From positions 32,025-96,024 of the forward strand of contig CAVUGP010000004.1 of the NCBI GenBank assembly GCA_963741015.1: a stretch of DNA of 64,000 bases, in the 5' to 3' direction. The first letter of the stretch is position 1. Each line of letters starts with the position of its first letter. The stretch comes from an uncultured Chloroflexia bacterium (GTDB taxonomy: Bacteria > Chloroflexota > Anaerolineae > Anaerolineales > Anaerolineaceae). Positions 37,726 through 47,899 of the stretch are shown here, in pieces. The position numbers and the translations under genes were made by a program. The notes below the pieces were generated by a model. The model was given only the letters and a program-made list of their open reading frames with translations. It did not search any database and was not told where the DNA came from.

Positions 37726-39093
37726 ATGTATCGCAAGTTATTAACCCTCGTTAGCTTGATGTTGATTGCCACATCTTTGCTGACCGCATGTGGCACGAAA
37801 GCCACACCGACAATGGCCCCAACTGAAGCCAAACCTACAGAAGCAGCTGTTACTGAGGAAGCCGCCACCGAGGAATTGGCCAGTGGACCTGGTGAACAGG
37901 TCACGATTAATTGGTGGCACATCACCACAGCAGATGATCAAAAGGCCGTCTGGCAAAAATTAGCCGATGAATATATGGCCGACCATCCCAATGTCACGAT
38001 CGAGATCACAGTCATGGAAAATGAAGCTTTCAAGACCAAACTCACAACCGTGATGCAATCCGGCGAACCGCCAGACATTTTCCAGAGCTGGGGCGGCGGA
38101 GGTATGAACGAGTATGCCGCGGCTGGCCTTATGAAGGACATCACCCCGGAATTGGATGCGGATGGCGGCGCCTGGCGCGACACCTTCGCACCCGGTGCTC
38201 TCGCCGTGTTCTCCTATCAAGGCAAGAATTACGGCGTGCCATGGGATATGGGAATGGTGGGGTTCTGGTATAACAAGCCCCTCTTTGCCCAGGCCGGCAT
38301 TGAGAATCCCCCCACAACCTGGGCGGAATTGCTGACCGATGTCCAGATGCTCAAAGATGCAGGCATTACACCCATCGCCGTTGGCGAGGGTGACAAATGG
38401 CCCGGTGCTTTCTGGTGGGAATATCTCGCAACCCGGATCGGTGGTCAGGCAGCCTTCGCGGCCGCTCAGGACCGCACCGGTAGTTTCGCAAGCGATTCCT
38501 TCATCCAGGCCGGCGACGAGTTGATGAAACTGGTTGACATGGGTGCATTCCAGGATGGTTTCCTGGGTGCAACCTGGGGTGATGAAGCCACGGTCATGGG
38601 CAATGGCGAAGCCGCCATGGATTTGATGGGCCAATGGGCTCCCGGCGCGTTCAAAGACAATAGCGCAAGCGGTGAAGGCCTTGGTACGGATCTTGGTTGG
38701 TTCCAGTTCCCCATGGTTGAGGGTGGTGCTGGCGGCGCGAACGATGCAGTTGGCGGCGGTAACGGGTTTGGCATTGGTGTCAATGCTCCCCCAGAGGCTG
38801 TCGAGTTCGCCAAATACCTGACCCGTGCTGAATCACAGGTTCAATGTGCTGAAGTTGGCTTCTGTATCCCGGTTGTCAAGGGCGGCGAAGTTGGATTGAG
38901 TGATCCTCTGATGATCCAAATCCAACAATCTTTCGCACAGGCTGAGTACTTCCAGCTTTATTACGATCAGGCACTCACTCCGGCATTAGGTAATGTCGTG
39001 AATGATAGCGTGCAGGGTGTTTTTGCAGGAACCCTTACGCCCACCGAAGCGGCTCAAATGATTGAAGATTCAGCCGTACAAGAATTAGAGTAG
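37726..39093 (+). CDS. carbohydrate ABC transporter substrate-binding lipoprotein (family 1 SBP)
   Basis: LLTAC lipobox, then INWWH, FQSWGGGG and GFWYNK motifs typical of sugar SBPs. 455 aa. Confidence 0.85.
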   Translation: MYRKLLTLVSLMLIATSLLTACGTKATPTMAPTEAKPTEAAVTEEAATEELASGPGEQVTINWWHITTADDQKAVWQKLADEYMADHPNVTIEITVMENEAFKTKLTTVMQSGEPPDIFQSWGGGGMNEYAAAGLMKDITPELDADGGAWRDTFAPGALAVFSYQGKNYGVPWDMGMVGFWYNKPLFAQAGIENPPTTWAELLTDVQMLKDAGITPIAVGEGDKWPGAFWWEYLATRIGGQAAFAAAQDRTGSFASDSFIQAGDELMKLVDMGAFQDGFLGATWGDEATVMGNGEAAMDLMGQWAPGAFKDNSASGEGLGTDLGWFQFPMVEGGAGGANDAVGGGNGFGIGVNAPPEAVEFAKYLTRAESQVQCAEVGFCIPVVKGGEVGLSDPLMIQIQQSFAQAEYFQLYYDQALTPALGNVVNDSVQGVFAGTLTPTEAAQMIEDSAVQELE

Positions 39094-39110
39094 GAACTTC
39101 ACCTTAAATT

Positions 39111-39144
39111 GCGGGGATTGGTCTTTCATTCAACCAATCCCCGC
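39111..39144 (+). promoter_or_regulatory. intercistronic stem-loop between SBP and permease genes
   Basis: gcggggattgg-(12 nt)-ccaatccccgc, a perfect 11-bp stem with a weak U-tract (tcgttatt). Likely a partial terminator or RNA stabiliser, as is common after SBP genes. Confidence 0.5.
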
Positions 39145-39169
39145 TCGTTATTATCAGAGGAGAGACCGA

Positions 39170-40114
39170 ATGGCTGCGCATACACAGGTCCAGGTTAAAA
39201 CACGCCAGCGTGGCAGCGGCAAGAAACTGCAAAAAGGGGATCGAATCACAATCCTTGTATTTTTATTACCTTCAATCATCCTGTTCCTTGTCTTTATCAT
39301 TTATCCTATTTTTCGTTCACTTTACTTCAGTATGTATGATTGGAACGGATTGGGACCGGCCACTGATTATATCGGTCTGGATAACTTCAAACGGATCCTG
39401 ACCGACAAGATCTTCATTAAAGCGGTCGTGAACAACCTGGTCGTTGCCGGCCTTTCCCTGGCTGTGCAGCTCCCGCTTTCCCTGGCTATTGCCGTCATGG
39501 TCGGGAAGGATTTCCCCGGGCGCGGTTTCTTCCGGACGATCTTCTTCCTGCCTTATGTCCTATCCGAAGTGATCACCGCTATCATCTGGATGGGGATGTT
39601 CAACCCAAGCCCCGATCGCGGTTTCATTAACGCAATCCTGGTGTTCGTGCTGGGTGCCAAAGCCCAGGAATTCCTGGGCAATCCTGATTTGGTATTGATC
39701 AGCATTTTTATCGTCCTGACCTGGAAATATTTCGGCTTGCATATGCTGCTCTATATGGCAGGCCTCCAGAATATTCCCCATGAAATTGAAGAGGCAGCGC
39801 TCATCGATGGCGCCAACAAATGGCAGATGTTGACCAATATCACCATCCCGCTTCTCGGCAGCACGATCAGAACCACTGCCTATCTCTCCGTCTTGGGATC
39901 ATTACAGCAATTCACCCTGGTTTGGGTCATGACGAAAGGCGGGCCGGTCAACGCGAGCGAATTCATGGCGACTTATATGTATCGGTACGGCTTCGTGCGT
40001 TTCTGGCTTGGCTATGGGTCGGCCGTTGCAATCGTGATGCTGCTTATCGCCTTGATCTTCTCATTGATCTATCGTCGGATGATGCAGCGGCAAGATTATC
40101 TGGCGGAGGTTTAA
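39170..40114 (+). CDS. carbohydrate ABC transporter permease (MalF/BPD_transp_1 type)
   Basis: 314 aa, polytopic, with the EAA-like loop EIEEAALIDGANKWQMLTNITIP. Confidence 0.85.
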   Translation: MAAHTQVQVKTRQRGSGKKLQKGDRITILVFLLPSIILFLVFIIYPIFRSLYFSMYDWNGLGPATDYIGLDNFKRILTDKIFIKAVVNNLVVAGLSLAVQLPLSLAIAVMVGKDFPGRGFFRTIFFLPYVLSEVITAIIWMGMFNPSPDRGFINAILVFVLGAKAQEFLGNPDLVLISIFIVLTWKYFGLHMLLYMAGLQNIPHEIEEAALIDGANKWQMLTNITIPLLGSTIRTTAYLSVLGSLQQFTLVWVMTKGGPVNASEFMATYMYRYGFVRFWLGYGSAVAIVMLLIALIFSLIYRRMMQRQDYLAEV

Positions 40115-40123
40115 GGAGAAAAT

Positions 40124-40980
40124 ATGACCATAAACATGAAACGCCCATTGAAGAAACAAAACAAAGTCATCCCAATCATCATTAAATATATTGTCCTGAT
40201 CATCCTGACCTTCATTATCCTCACGCCCATCGTGATCCTGATCTTCGGAAGCCTGAAGACTCGTGGTGAAATGTATTCCCGGCCTTATGCAATTCCGAAT
40301 CCCCCCGGATCGAGAATTATGTCAAGATCCTGACAGGAAATACATACTGGACCTTGCTCCTTAATAGTGTCATTGTAATGCTCGGCACGACAGTCGGTGT
40401 ACTCCTGGTCTGCAGCCTTGCAGCCTTTGTCTTCTCACATTTTAAGTTCAAAGGTAAGGAAGCTGTTTTTAATTTTCTTACGTTGGGGCTGATGTTCCCC
40501 ATCACCGTGGCGATCATGCCCGTTTACCTGGTCATCCGCCAATTGGACCTGATCGATTCGCTTTTTGCCGTGATCCTGGTACAGACGGCGTTCAGTATAT
40601 CGGGGAACGTCATCATCCTGCGCAACTTCTTTGCATCCATCCCACCGGAACTGCAGGATGCAGCCTATATTGATGGCTGTACCGCATTCGATTATTTTTG
40701 GCGGATCCTGCTGCCGCTCGCCAAACCCGGCCTGGGCGCGGTCGCCGCGCTCACCATGATCGTCAGTTGGAACGACCTGCTCACACCATTGATCATGATC
40801 AACAATGACAAGAAATGGACCCTGCCATTGGGAACAATGCAGTTCCAGGGACAATATGGGCAGGACCTGGCTCTGATCGCCGCTTTCGTCACCCTTGCAG
40901 CGCTGCCCACGATCATCTTCTATTTGATTGCTGAGAAGCAGATCGTTTCCGGCCTGACCGCCGGGGCCATTAAAGGCTGA
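40124..40980 (+). pseudogene. carbohydrate ABC transporter permease (MalG type) interrupted at a C6 homopolymer (ORF pieces 40124..40333 and 40354..40980)
   Basis: Frame 1 reads ...FGSLKTRGEMYSRPYAIPNPP. The -1 frame continues RIENYVKILTGNTYWTLLLNSVIVMLG... and includes the EAA loop ELQDAAYIDGCTAF. The switch is at cccccc, 40301..40306. Confidence 0.8.
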
Positions 40981-40997
40981 GAGGGGATTGGAATGAT

Positions 40998-42299
40998 ATG
41001 TCGAATTCTCAAAAGATTGCCCCCATCCTCGTTATCTTCAGCATCATTCTTTCCGGATGTGCAACAGTGACAACACCCCCGGAACCGACCCAAACGCCGA
41101 TCCCGACGTCTACGCCTTCTCCGACACCTGAACCGACCCCCATCCCTGCGGCCGAAAGCGGTGAATACCGCAACCTGTTCGTGGAATATCTCGGGAAGAC
41201 GGATGAGGAAATCCAGGCGAAGCTGGACACCGCCTGGGACCAATTCTTTTACGGCAATGACGACTTTGAAAGAGTCTACTACCCTGTCGGCGAAGATATG
41301 GCTTATATCAAAGACATCGGCAGTGACGATATCCGTTCCGAGGGGATGTCCTACGGCATGATGATCGCGGTCCAGCTGGACCACCAGGAGGAATTCAACC
41401 GGATCTGGAAATGGACGAAGACCTACATGTACCAGTCCGACGGCCCTTACCGGGGATACTTCGCCTGGCACTGCAATGAAGAAGGTGAGAAGCTGGATGC
41501 CAACCCGGCCTCAGACGGCGAGGAATGGTTCGTCACAGCCCTGTTCTTTGCGGCCGCGCGGTGGGGTAACGGCGAAGGGATTTACGATTACCAGGCGCAG
41601 GCCAATGCGATCCTTTACACCATGCTCCATAAGGATGAAGAGGACACCGGCTTGGCGACCAATATGTTCAATCTGGAAGAAAAACAGGTCGTTTTTGTCC
41701 CCAAGGGCAGGGACGCCACCTATACCGATCCCTCCTATCACCTGCCGGCCTTCTACGAACTTTGGGCGGCCTGGGCGGATCAGGACAACGACTTCTGGGC
41801 TGATGCCGCCCAGACCAGCCGGGAATTCTTTAAAAAAGCAGCCAATCCGCAGACCGGGTTGATGGCGGATTATGCCCTTTTCGATGGCACGCCGCGTGAA
41901 GGCAACGAACACGTGGATTTCCGCTATGACGCCTGGCGCACCCTGGCGAACGTCGCTTTGGATTACAGTTGGTTCGGCGCGGACCCCTGGGAAGTGGAAC
42001 GATCCAACCGGGTCCTGACCTTCCTTTCCTCACAGGGTATTGACAGCTATCCCAGCCTGTACACCGTAACAGGAGAATCTCTGGGCGGCGGTCATTCCAC
42101 CGGGTTGGTCGCCATGGCGGGCACAGCCGCCCTGGCAGCGGACCGGGAGATTGGCGAACCCTTCGTCCAGGCGCTATGGGATACTCAAATCCCGCAGGGC
42201 CAGTGGCGCTACTACGACGGTCTGCTTTATTTCCTGGGCATGCTGTATACCAGCGGACAATTCCGGATTTACACCCCGGAACTGCCAACCGCCGGATAA
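40998..42299 (+). CDS. glycoside hydrolase family 8 lipoprotein (Rex-type exo-oligoxylanase/endoglucanase-like)
   Basis: ILSGC lipobox plus a Pro/Thr linker. SEGMSYGMMIAV and ASDGEEWFVTALFFAAARWG fit the GH8 signature. Confidence 0.7.
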   Translation: MSNSQKIAPILVIFSIILSGCATVTTPPEPTQTPIPTSTPSPTPEPTPIPAAESGEYRNLFVEYLGKTDEEIQAKLDTAWDQFFYGNDDFERVYYPVGEDMAYIKDIGSDDIRSEGMSYGMMIAVQLDHQEEFNRIWKWTKTYMYQSDGPYRGYFAWHCNEEGEKLDANPASDGEEWFVTALFFAAARWGNGEGIYDYQAQANAILYTMLHKDEEDTGLATNMFNLEEKQVVFVPKGRDATYTDPSYHLPAFYELWAAWADQDNDFWADAAQTSREFFKKAANPQTGLMADYALFDGTPREGNEHVDFRYDAWRTLANVALDYSWFGADPWEVERSNRVLTFLSSQGIDSYPSLYTVTGESLGGGHSTGLVAMAGTAALAADREIGEPFVQALWDTQIPQGQWRYYDGLLYFLGMLYTSGQFRIYTPELPTAG

Positions 42300-42360
42300 A
42301 TCTTGGGGATCCGCTGAGAAACACAGGCACCCCATCAAATTAGAGGTTTGTGCCTGATTA

Positions 42361-44703
42361 ATGGAAAGAATGAATGGAAAATATATGGATTCAATAACAA
42401 AAAACGCCGGACAGTTAGTTGAACGGATGACACTGGATGAAAAACTCGCCCAGATCGGATCCTGCTGGATCTACGACCTGCAGACCAAGGGAGCCATGGA
42501 TTGGGATAAAGTCGCAATCCGCCTCCGGGAAGGGATCGGACAGATCACCCGGCCGGCCGGCGCTTCCACCCATGCCCCCAGGGAAGCCGCCCAAACGGCC
42601 AACCGCCTGCAGAAATTCCTGGTGGAGAACACCCGGCTGGGCATCCCCGCTATCCTGCACGAAGAATGCTGCCTTGGCGCACTTATCCTGGGCGGCACGA
42701 TCTATCCGCAGATGTTGGGACTGGCCGGCAGCTTCCGGCCTGAGCTGGCTTATGAGATGACGAACGAGATCCGCAAACAGATGCTGGCGATCGGCGCCCG
42801 ACAGGGCCTCGCCCCGGTGTTGGATGTCGCCCGTGATCCCCGTTGGGGCCGGATCGAAGAGACCTTCGGCGAGGACCCAACCCTGGTCAGCCAATTTGGA
42901 ATCGCCTATATCAAGGGACTGCAGTCGGAAGACCTCAGTAAGGGCGTGGCAGCCACGGCCAAACACTTCGTCGGCCACAGTTTATCGGAGCGCGGGCTCA
43001 ACTGCGCCCCGGTCCATGTCGGTCAGCGCGAACTCTACGACAGTTTCATCATGCCATTCCAGGCAGCCATCCAGGACGCGCAGATCGCCTCGTTGATGAA
43101 CAGCTACCCGGAACTGGATGGTGAGGTCGTGGCAGCGTCGAGGTATTACCTCACTACCCTGCTCCGTGAAAAACTGGGCTTTGAAGGCCTGGTCGTCTCC
43201 GACTATGAAGCCATTCACATGCTCCAAACCTATCACTTCATTGCCAGCACGCTCGATGAAGCCGCGGCCATGGCGCTGAATGCCGGCATTGATGTGGAAC
43301 TCCCGGTCACCGTCGGTTACGGCGACCACCTGAAAGCCGCCCTGGAACAGGGCAAAGTCAGCCTGGAAGATATCGATAGGGCGGTCCTGCGTCACCTTGA
43401 ACTCAAATTCAAACTGGGGATTTTTGAAGACCCATTTGTGGATGAGGGCGCTGTGATGGAGGTCTTTGAAACTCCCAAACAGCGCGGCCTGGCGCGTGAG
43501 ATCGCCCGGCAAAGCATGGTCCTTTTGAAGAATGACGGTATGCTGCCTTTGAAGAAGAGCATCAAGACCCTGGCCGTGATCGGGCCGAACGCCAACTCCG
43601 GGCGCAACCTGATGGGTGACTACTGCTACAATGCGATGGCCGACCTGGTGCAGTTGCAGGGACATCCTGACCATTCCTTTAAGCCCGGATTTCAGGAAAA
43701 TATAAAACCGCACGAGGTGCGGATGGTGACCGTCCTGGAGGGTATCCGCTCACTGGTCTCACCAGAGACTGAAGTGATATATACCAAAGGCTGTGATGTG
43801 ATGGGTGCGGACCGCAGCGATTTCAATATGGCGGTGGCGCTCGCCAGAAGTGTGGATGCTGTCCTGCTGGTGCTGGGGGATAAATCCGGTCTGACGCCGG
43901 AGTGCAGCATGGGAGAGACCCGTGACAGCGCGACCCTGCGGCTGCCGGGCATCCAGCAGGAGCTTGCCGATGCGATCCTGGCAACCGGTAAACCGGTCGC
44001 AGTGGTGCTGGTCACCGGCCGGCCTTACGCCATCCCCGAACTGGCTGAAAACGCCAACGCCATCCTGGAAGCCTGGCTGCCCGGTGAAGAAGGCGGCGCG
44101 GCGATTGCCGAAGTCCTGTTTGGCGAGGTCAATCCCGGCGGGAAACTGCCGGTCACCTTCCCGCGTTCTGCAGGCCAGCTCCCGCTCGTATATAACGATA
44201 AACCCTCCGGTATGATCTCCAACTGGTATGTCGATTACACAGACGAGTCCGTGACGCCCCTCTATCCTTTCGGTCATGGCCTGAGCTATACCAGCTTTGA
44301 ATACAGCGAACTGGCAATCGCCCCTGACCGGGCGACCAGCGGTGAAACCATTTCCGTCTCCCTGCAGATCAAGAACTCAGGAGAGATTGCAGGAGACGAG
44401 GTTCTCCAATTCTATACCCACCAGATCACCGCCTCCTCCCCCCGCCCCTTACGGGAACTGCGGGGTTTCCAGCGGGTGACATTGCAGCCTGGAGAAACAC
44501 GCAGGGTCACCTTCCAGCTGCCGGTCGATCAGCTTGCCTTCCACGACCGGGAACTGCTGCTGCATCTGGAACCCGGCGAGGTGGAGGCGCTGGTGGGCGC
44601 TTCTTCCGCAGATATCCGGCTCTCCGGATCGTTTGAAATCACCGGCCAGGCAAAAATGGCCGTTGAAAAACGGGTCTTCAAGTGTCCCGTGGTAATTGAA
44701 TGA
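42361..44703 (+). CDS. glycoside hydrolase family 3 (beta-xylosidase/beta-glucosidase type)
   Basis: 780 aa. MTLDEKLAQ, KHFVGH, GLVVSDYEA (nucleophile Asp region), and a C-terminal Fn3-like domain. No signal peptide. Confidence 0.85.
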   Translation: MERMNGKYMDSITKNAGQLVERMTLDEKLAQIGSCWIYDLQTKGAMDWDKVAIRLREGIGQITRPAGASTHAPREAAQTANRLQKFLVENTRLGIPAILHEECCLGALILGGTIYPQMLGLAGSFRPELAYEMTNEIRKQMLAIGARQGLAPVLDVARDPRWGRIEETFGEDPTLVSQFGIAYIKGLQSEDLSKGVAATAKHFVGHSLSERGLNCAPVHVGQRELYDSFIMPFQAAIQDAQIASLMNSYPELDGEVVAASRYYLTTLLREKLGFEGLVVSDYEAIHMLQTYHFIASTLDEAAAMALNAGIDVELPVTVGYGDHLKAALEQGKVSLEDIDRAVLRHLELKFKLGIFEDPFVDEGAVMEVFETPKQRGLAREIARQSMVLLKNDGMLPLKKSIKTLAVIGPNANSGRNLMGDYCYNAMADLVQLQGHPDHSFKPGFQENIKPHEVRMVTVLEGIRSLVSPETEVIYTKGCDVMGADRSDFNMAVALARSVDAVLLVLGDKSGLTPECSMGETRDSATLRLPGIQQELADAILATGKPVAVVLVTGRPYAIPELAENANAILEAWLPGEEGGAAIAEVLFGEVNPGGKLPVTFPRSAGQLPLVYNDKPSGMISNWYVDYTDESVTPLYPFGHGLSYTSFEYSELAIAPDRATSGETISVSLQIKNSGEIAGDEVLQFYTHQITASSPRPLRELRGFQRVTLQPGETRRVTFQLPVDQLAFHDRELLLHLEPGEVEALVGASSADIRLSGSFEITGQAKMAVEKRVFKCPVVIE

Positions 44704-44755
44704 TCATCTGATTTTGTTTGGGGGCTCTGCTTTGAATGAGTAGCAGGGTTTCGAC

Positions 44756-44796
44756 CACCGGTGGGGTGCCCCTGAGACATCCCACCGGTGTTTTTG
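44756..44796 (+). terminator. intrinsic terminator after the GH3 gene
   Basis: caccggtggg-(15 nt)-cccaccggtg followed by tttttg. Confidence 0.7.
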
Positions 44797-44883
44797 TTTA
44801 ACGTTCTCCATTATTAAATTTCGTAAAAATAGTACAATTGGGGTAGTAATACTATCAATCAGAATAAGAGAATTTTATTCAAT

Positions 44884-45333
44884 GTGAGTTCGACCATGAC
44901 CGAAAAACTTACCGCCGACCAGATCCGTGAACTATGGAGTAAGACCTATAACACTGAGGGAAAGCCGGACTGGTCGCACATTTTTCCATATTATCACGAC
45001 GAGATCATCTTCCAGGACAGCATCCAGCGTATTGAGGGGATCGAGGAATTCAAGGCGATGTGCGGCCGGCTGACCTCTCGCTGCGAGCAGTTGAATATGG
45101 ATATCCAATCCGTGGTCGTGGAGGGCGACATCGCCTTCCTGCAGTGGATCATGACCATGAGCTTCAAGAAATTCCCCAGCACCCCGGTCTACGGCTGCAC
45201 CCGGCTGACCTTCGCCGAGGACAACCGCATCATCGAACAGCGGGATTACTTCGATATGTGGGGCGACATCTTCAACGGCATCCCCCGCTTCAAGCCGCTC
45301 TACCGCAAATTTATGAAGAAACGGTTCGGGTAG
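44884..45333 (+). CDS. NTF2/SnoaL-like family protein
   Basis: 149 aa, with size and pattern typical of SnoaL_2 proteins that accompany SDR/FAD-oxidoreductase genes. GTG start in the track; ATG at 44896 is an alternative. Confidence 0.5.
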   Translation: MSSTMTEKLTADQIRELWSKTYNTEGKPDWSHIFPYYHDEIIFQDSIQRIEGIEEFKAMCGRLTSRCEQLNMDIQSVVVEGDIAFLQWIMTMSFKKFPSTPVYGCTRLTFAEDNRIIEQRDYFDMWGDIFNGIPRFKPLYRKFMKKRFG

Positions 45334-45340
45334 GTGTGAG

Positions 45341-46259
45341 ATGAAATTACCGGATGAACTGCAGTTCATGGCCAACGCCCGCCTCCCGCAGAAGAGCACC
45401 AATGCCAGGCTGGACGGCCAGCGCGTTGTGATCACCGGGGCGACCTCCGGCGTGGGGTATGAGGCGGCCAAACGCCTCTCACAGGCCGGCGCAGACCTCG
45501 TCCTGGTCTGCCGCAACCCGGAAAAAGCCGCCCGCGTTCAGGAAGAACTGGCTGAGGCCAACGGCACCGCTGTGGATGTGGTGCTTGCGGATTTCTCCAA
45601 GCTCTCCGAGGTGCGCCGTGCGGCAGGTGAGATCCTTGAAAGGTTCCCCCGGATCGACGTGCTGATCAATAACGCCGGCGTCCACCGCACAAAGCGCACC
45701 CTGACGGAAGCGGGCTTCGAGACCGTCTTCGCCGTGAACCACCTGGCATCCTTCCTCTTCACCCGGCTGCTGCTCGACCGCCTTGTCGAGAGCGCACCGG
45801 CCCGGATCATCCAGGTCAACTCCGAAGGCCACCGATTCGGCGGGCTGGACCTGGACGACCTGACCTGGGAACGCCGCCGCTATACCGGACTGAAGAGCTA
45901 CGGTGCGGCCCGTACCGCCCAACTGCTCACCGTCTGGGAGCTGGCGGAACGACTGGCGGGCAGCGGGGTTAACATCAATGCGATGCACCCCGGCGCGGTC
46001 CGGTCCAACCTCGGCATGGAAAAACAAAACAATTGGTTCTACCGCTTCTATAAAGGCACTTTCCTTTCGCTGTTCCTCAAGCCGGCTCGAGATCTCCGGG
46101 GAAGCCCTTTATTATCTGGCGGCCGCACCGGAGATGGCGGAGGTCAGCGGGAAGTTCTATAACCTGACCATCGAGGAAAAACCGGCCGCGCACGCCCTGG
46201 ACCGGGATTTAGGCAGACGGGTTTGGCGGGTCAGCGAGGAACTGACCGGTTTGCCGGAG
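45341..46259 (+). pseudogene. short-chain dehydrogenase/reductase (SDR) with a frameshift near 46083..46095
   Basis: VVITGATSGVGYEAA, NNAG and YxxxK (YGAARTAQL) are in the first frame. The conserved C-terminus GEALYYLAAAPEMAEVSGKFYN...RVWRVSEELTGL is only present in the next frame (the frame of ORF 45903..47426). Confidence 0.75.
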
Positions 46260-46313
46260 ATGGAAATCTTTGAAGCAATGAGCCTAAAATTCACACCTTC
46301 GGGAGCACGTTCT

Positions 46314-47899
46314 ATGAAATACGATGTCATCATTGTCGGCGGTGGGATCGCCGGACTGACTGCCGCCGCATTCCTCTCAAAAGCCGGAATCCCCAATTTA
46401 CTGATCGAAAAGCAGCCGCACGTCGGCGGCCTGGTGAACACCTTCGAGCGGGACGGTTTTTTCTTCGATGGGGGCATCCGCGCCACCGAGAACTCCGGCG
46501 TGCTGTTCCCGATGCTCAAAGCCCTGGGGTTGGACGTGGACTTCGTCAAGAACAACATCACCCTGGGGATCGAAGACCGGATCCTGCCGGTCCAATCCGA
46601 AGATGACGTCAGCGCTTACCGGGACCTGCTGGCCGACCTCTACCCGGAGAGCACCGGCGAGATCGACGATATCGTGGCGCAGATGCGCCGGATCATGAAA
46701 TATATGGAGATCCAATACGGGATCGACAACCCGGTCTTTTTGGACGTAAAAACCGACCGGGACTACTTCATCAGGAAGGTCTTCCCCTGGATGTTCCAGT
46801 ATGCCTTCACCTTCAAAAAGGTCGAAGCCCTCAACATCCCGGTCCTGGACTTCCTGCGGCGCTACACCGACAACCAGAGCCTGCTGGACATCATCGCCCA
46901 GCACTTCTTCGCCGAGACGCCCGCCTTCTTCGCCCTGAGCTACATGAAGCTCTATCTGGACTATTACTACCCCAAAGGCGGGACGGGGGTGCTGATCGAT
47001 GCGCTGGCCGGCTTCACCCGCGAACACGGCGGCGAGATCCGCACGGACACCGTCGATCACATCCGTGGACCCGGCGCGCAAGACCGTGACCGACGCCGAG
47101 GGCAACGTCTACGAGTACGAGCAGTTGATCTGGGCCGCGGACCTCAAAACGCTTTACAAAGAACTGGACCTGGCCGGAATGACGGACGCCAAAGTGAAAA
47201 CCGCCATCAACGAACGGGCAGCGGCGCTCGAAGATATGCGGGGCAACGATTCGATCCTGACCGTCTACCTTACCGTGGACCTGCCCCCTTCATTCTTCAG
47301 CGAGATCGCCAGCGAGCACGTCTTCTACACCCCGAAGCGTACCGGGCAAAGCGCGGCCGGGCCGCTGCCGCTGGGCGAGGACAAGGACGCCGTCAAAGAC
47401 CTGGCTGGCGGACTTCTTCGCCCTGACCACCTACGAGATCGGCATCCCCGCCCTGCGCGACCCGAGCCTGGCGCCGGAAGGCCAAACCGGCCTGATCGTC
47501 AGCGTCCTGTTCGACTACCGCCTGGCGAAGCAGATCCGGGAGGACGGCTGGTATGACGAGTTCAAGGAACTGGCCGAGACCAGCATCATCCGGACGCTGA
47601 ACGAGAGCCTCTACCCCGGGCTGGCGGACGCGGTGCTGACGCGCTTCTCCGCCACGCCGCTGACCATCGAGCAGTTCTCCGGCAACGCCGAGGGCGCGAT
47701 CACGGGCTGGTCCTTCACCAACGACCCGATGCCGGCCGAACACCGCCTGCCGAAGATCTACAGCGCCACCAAAACGCCGATCCCGGGCGTGCTGCAGGCC
47801 GGGCAGTGGACCTACAGCCCCTCCGGGCTGCCGATCTCGATCCTGACGGGCAAGCTGGCCGCGGATTCGGCCGGGAAGGCGCTGGGGAAGCGGAAATAG
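46314..47899 (+). pseudogene. NAD(P)/FAD-dependent oxidoreductase (phytoene desaturase/CrtI-like) with two frameshifts
   Basis: MKYDVIIVGGGIAGLTAAAFL dinucleotide-binding start. The reading continues in the +1 frame from about 47055-47065 (ITSVDPARKTVTDAEGNVYEYEQLIWAADLK). It shifts +1 again at about 47400 (WLADFFALTTYEIGIPALRDPSLAPEG...GWSF...GQWTYSPSG), with the stop at 47897..47899. Confidence 0.75.

Noticed and set aside
46086-46095. Adjacent XhoI and BglII sites (ctcgagatct) exactly at the SDR frameshift, considered as a possible cloning or engineering scar.
   Set aside because: It is a single 10-mer that is part of a sensible coding context in the corrected frame (LEIS). No vector-like sequence is nearby. 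Chance occurrence in 64 kb is plausible.
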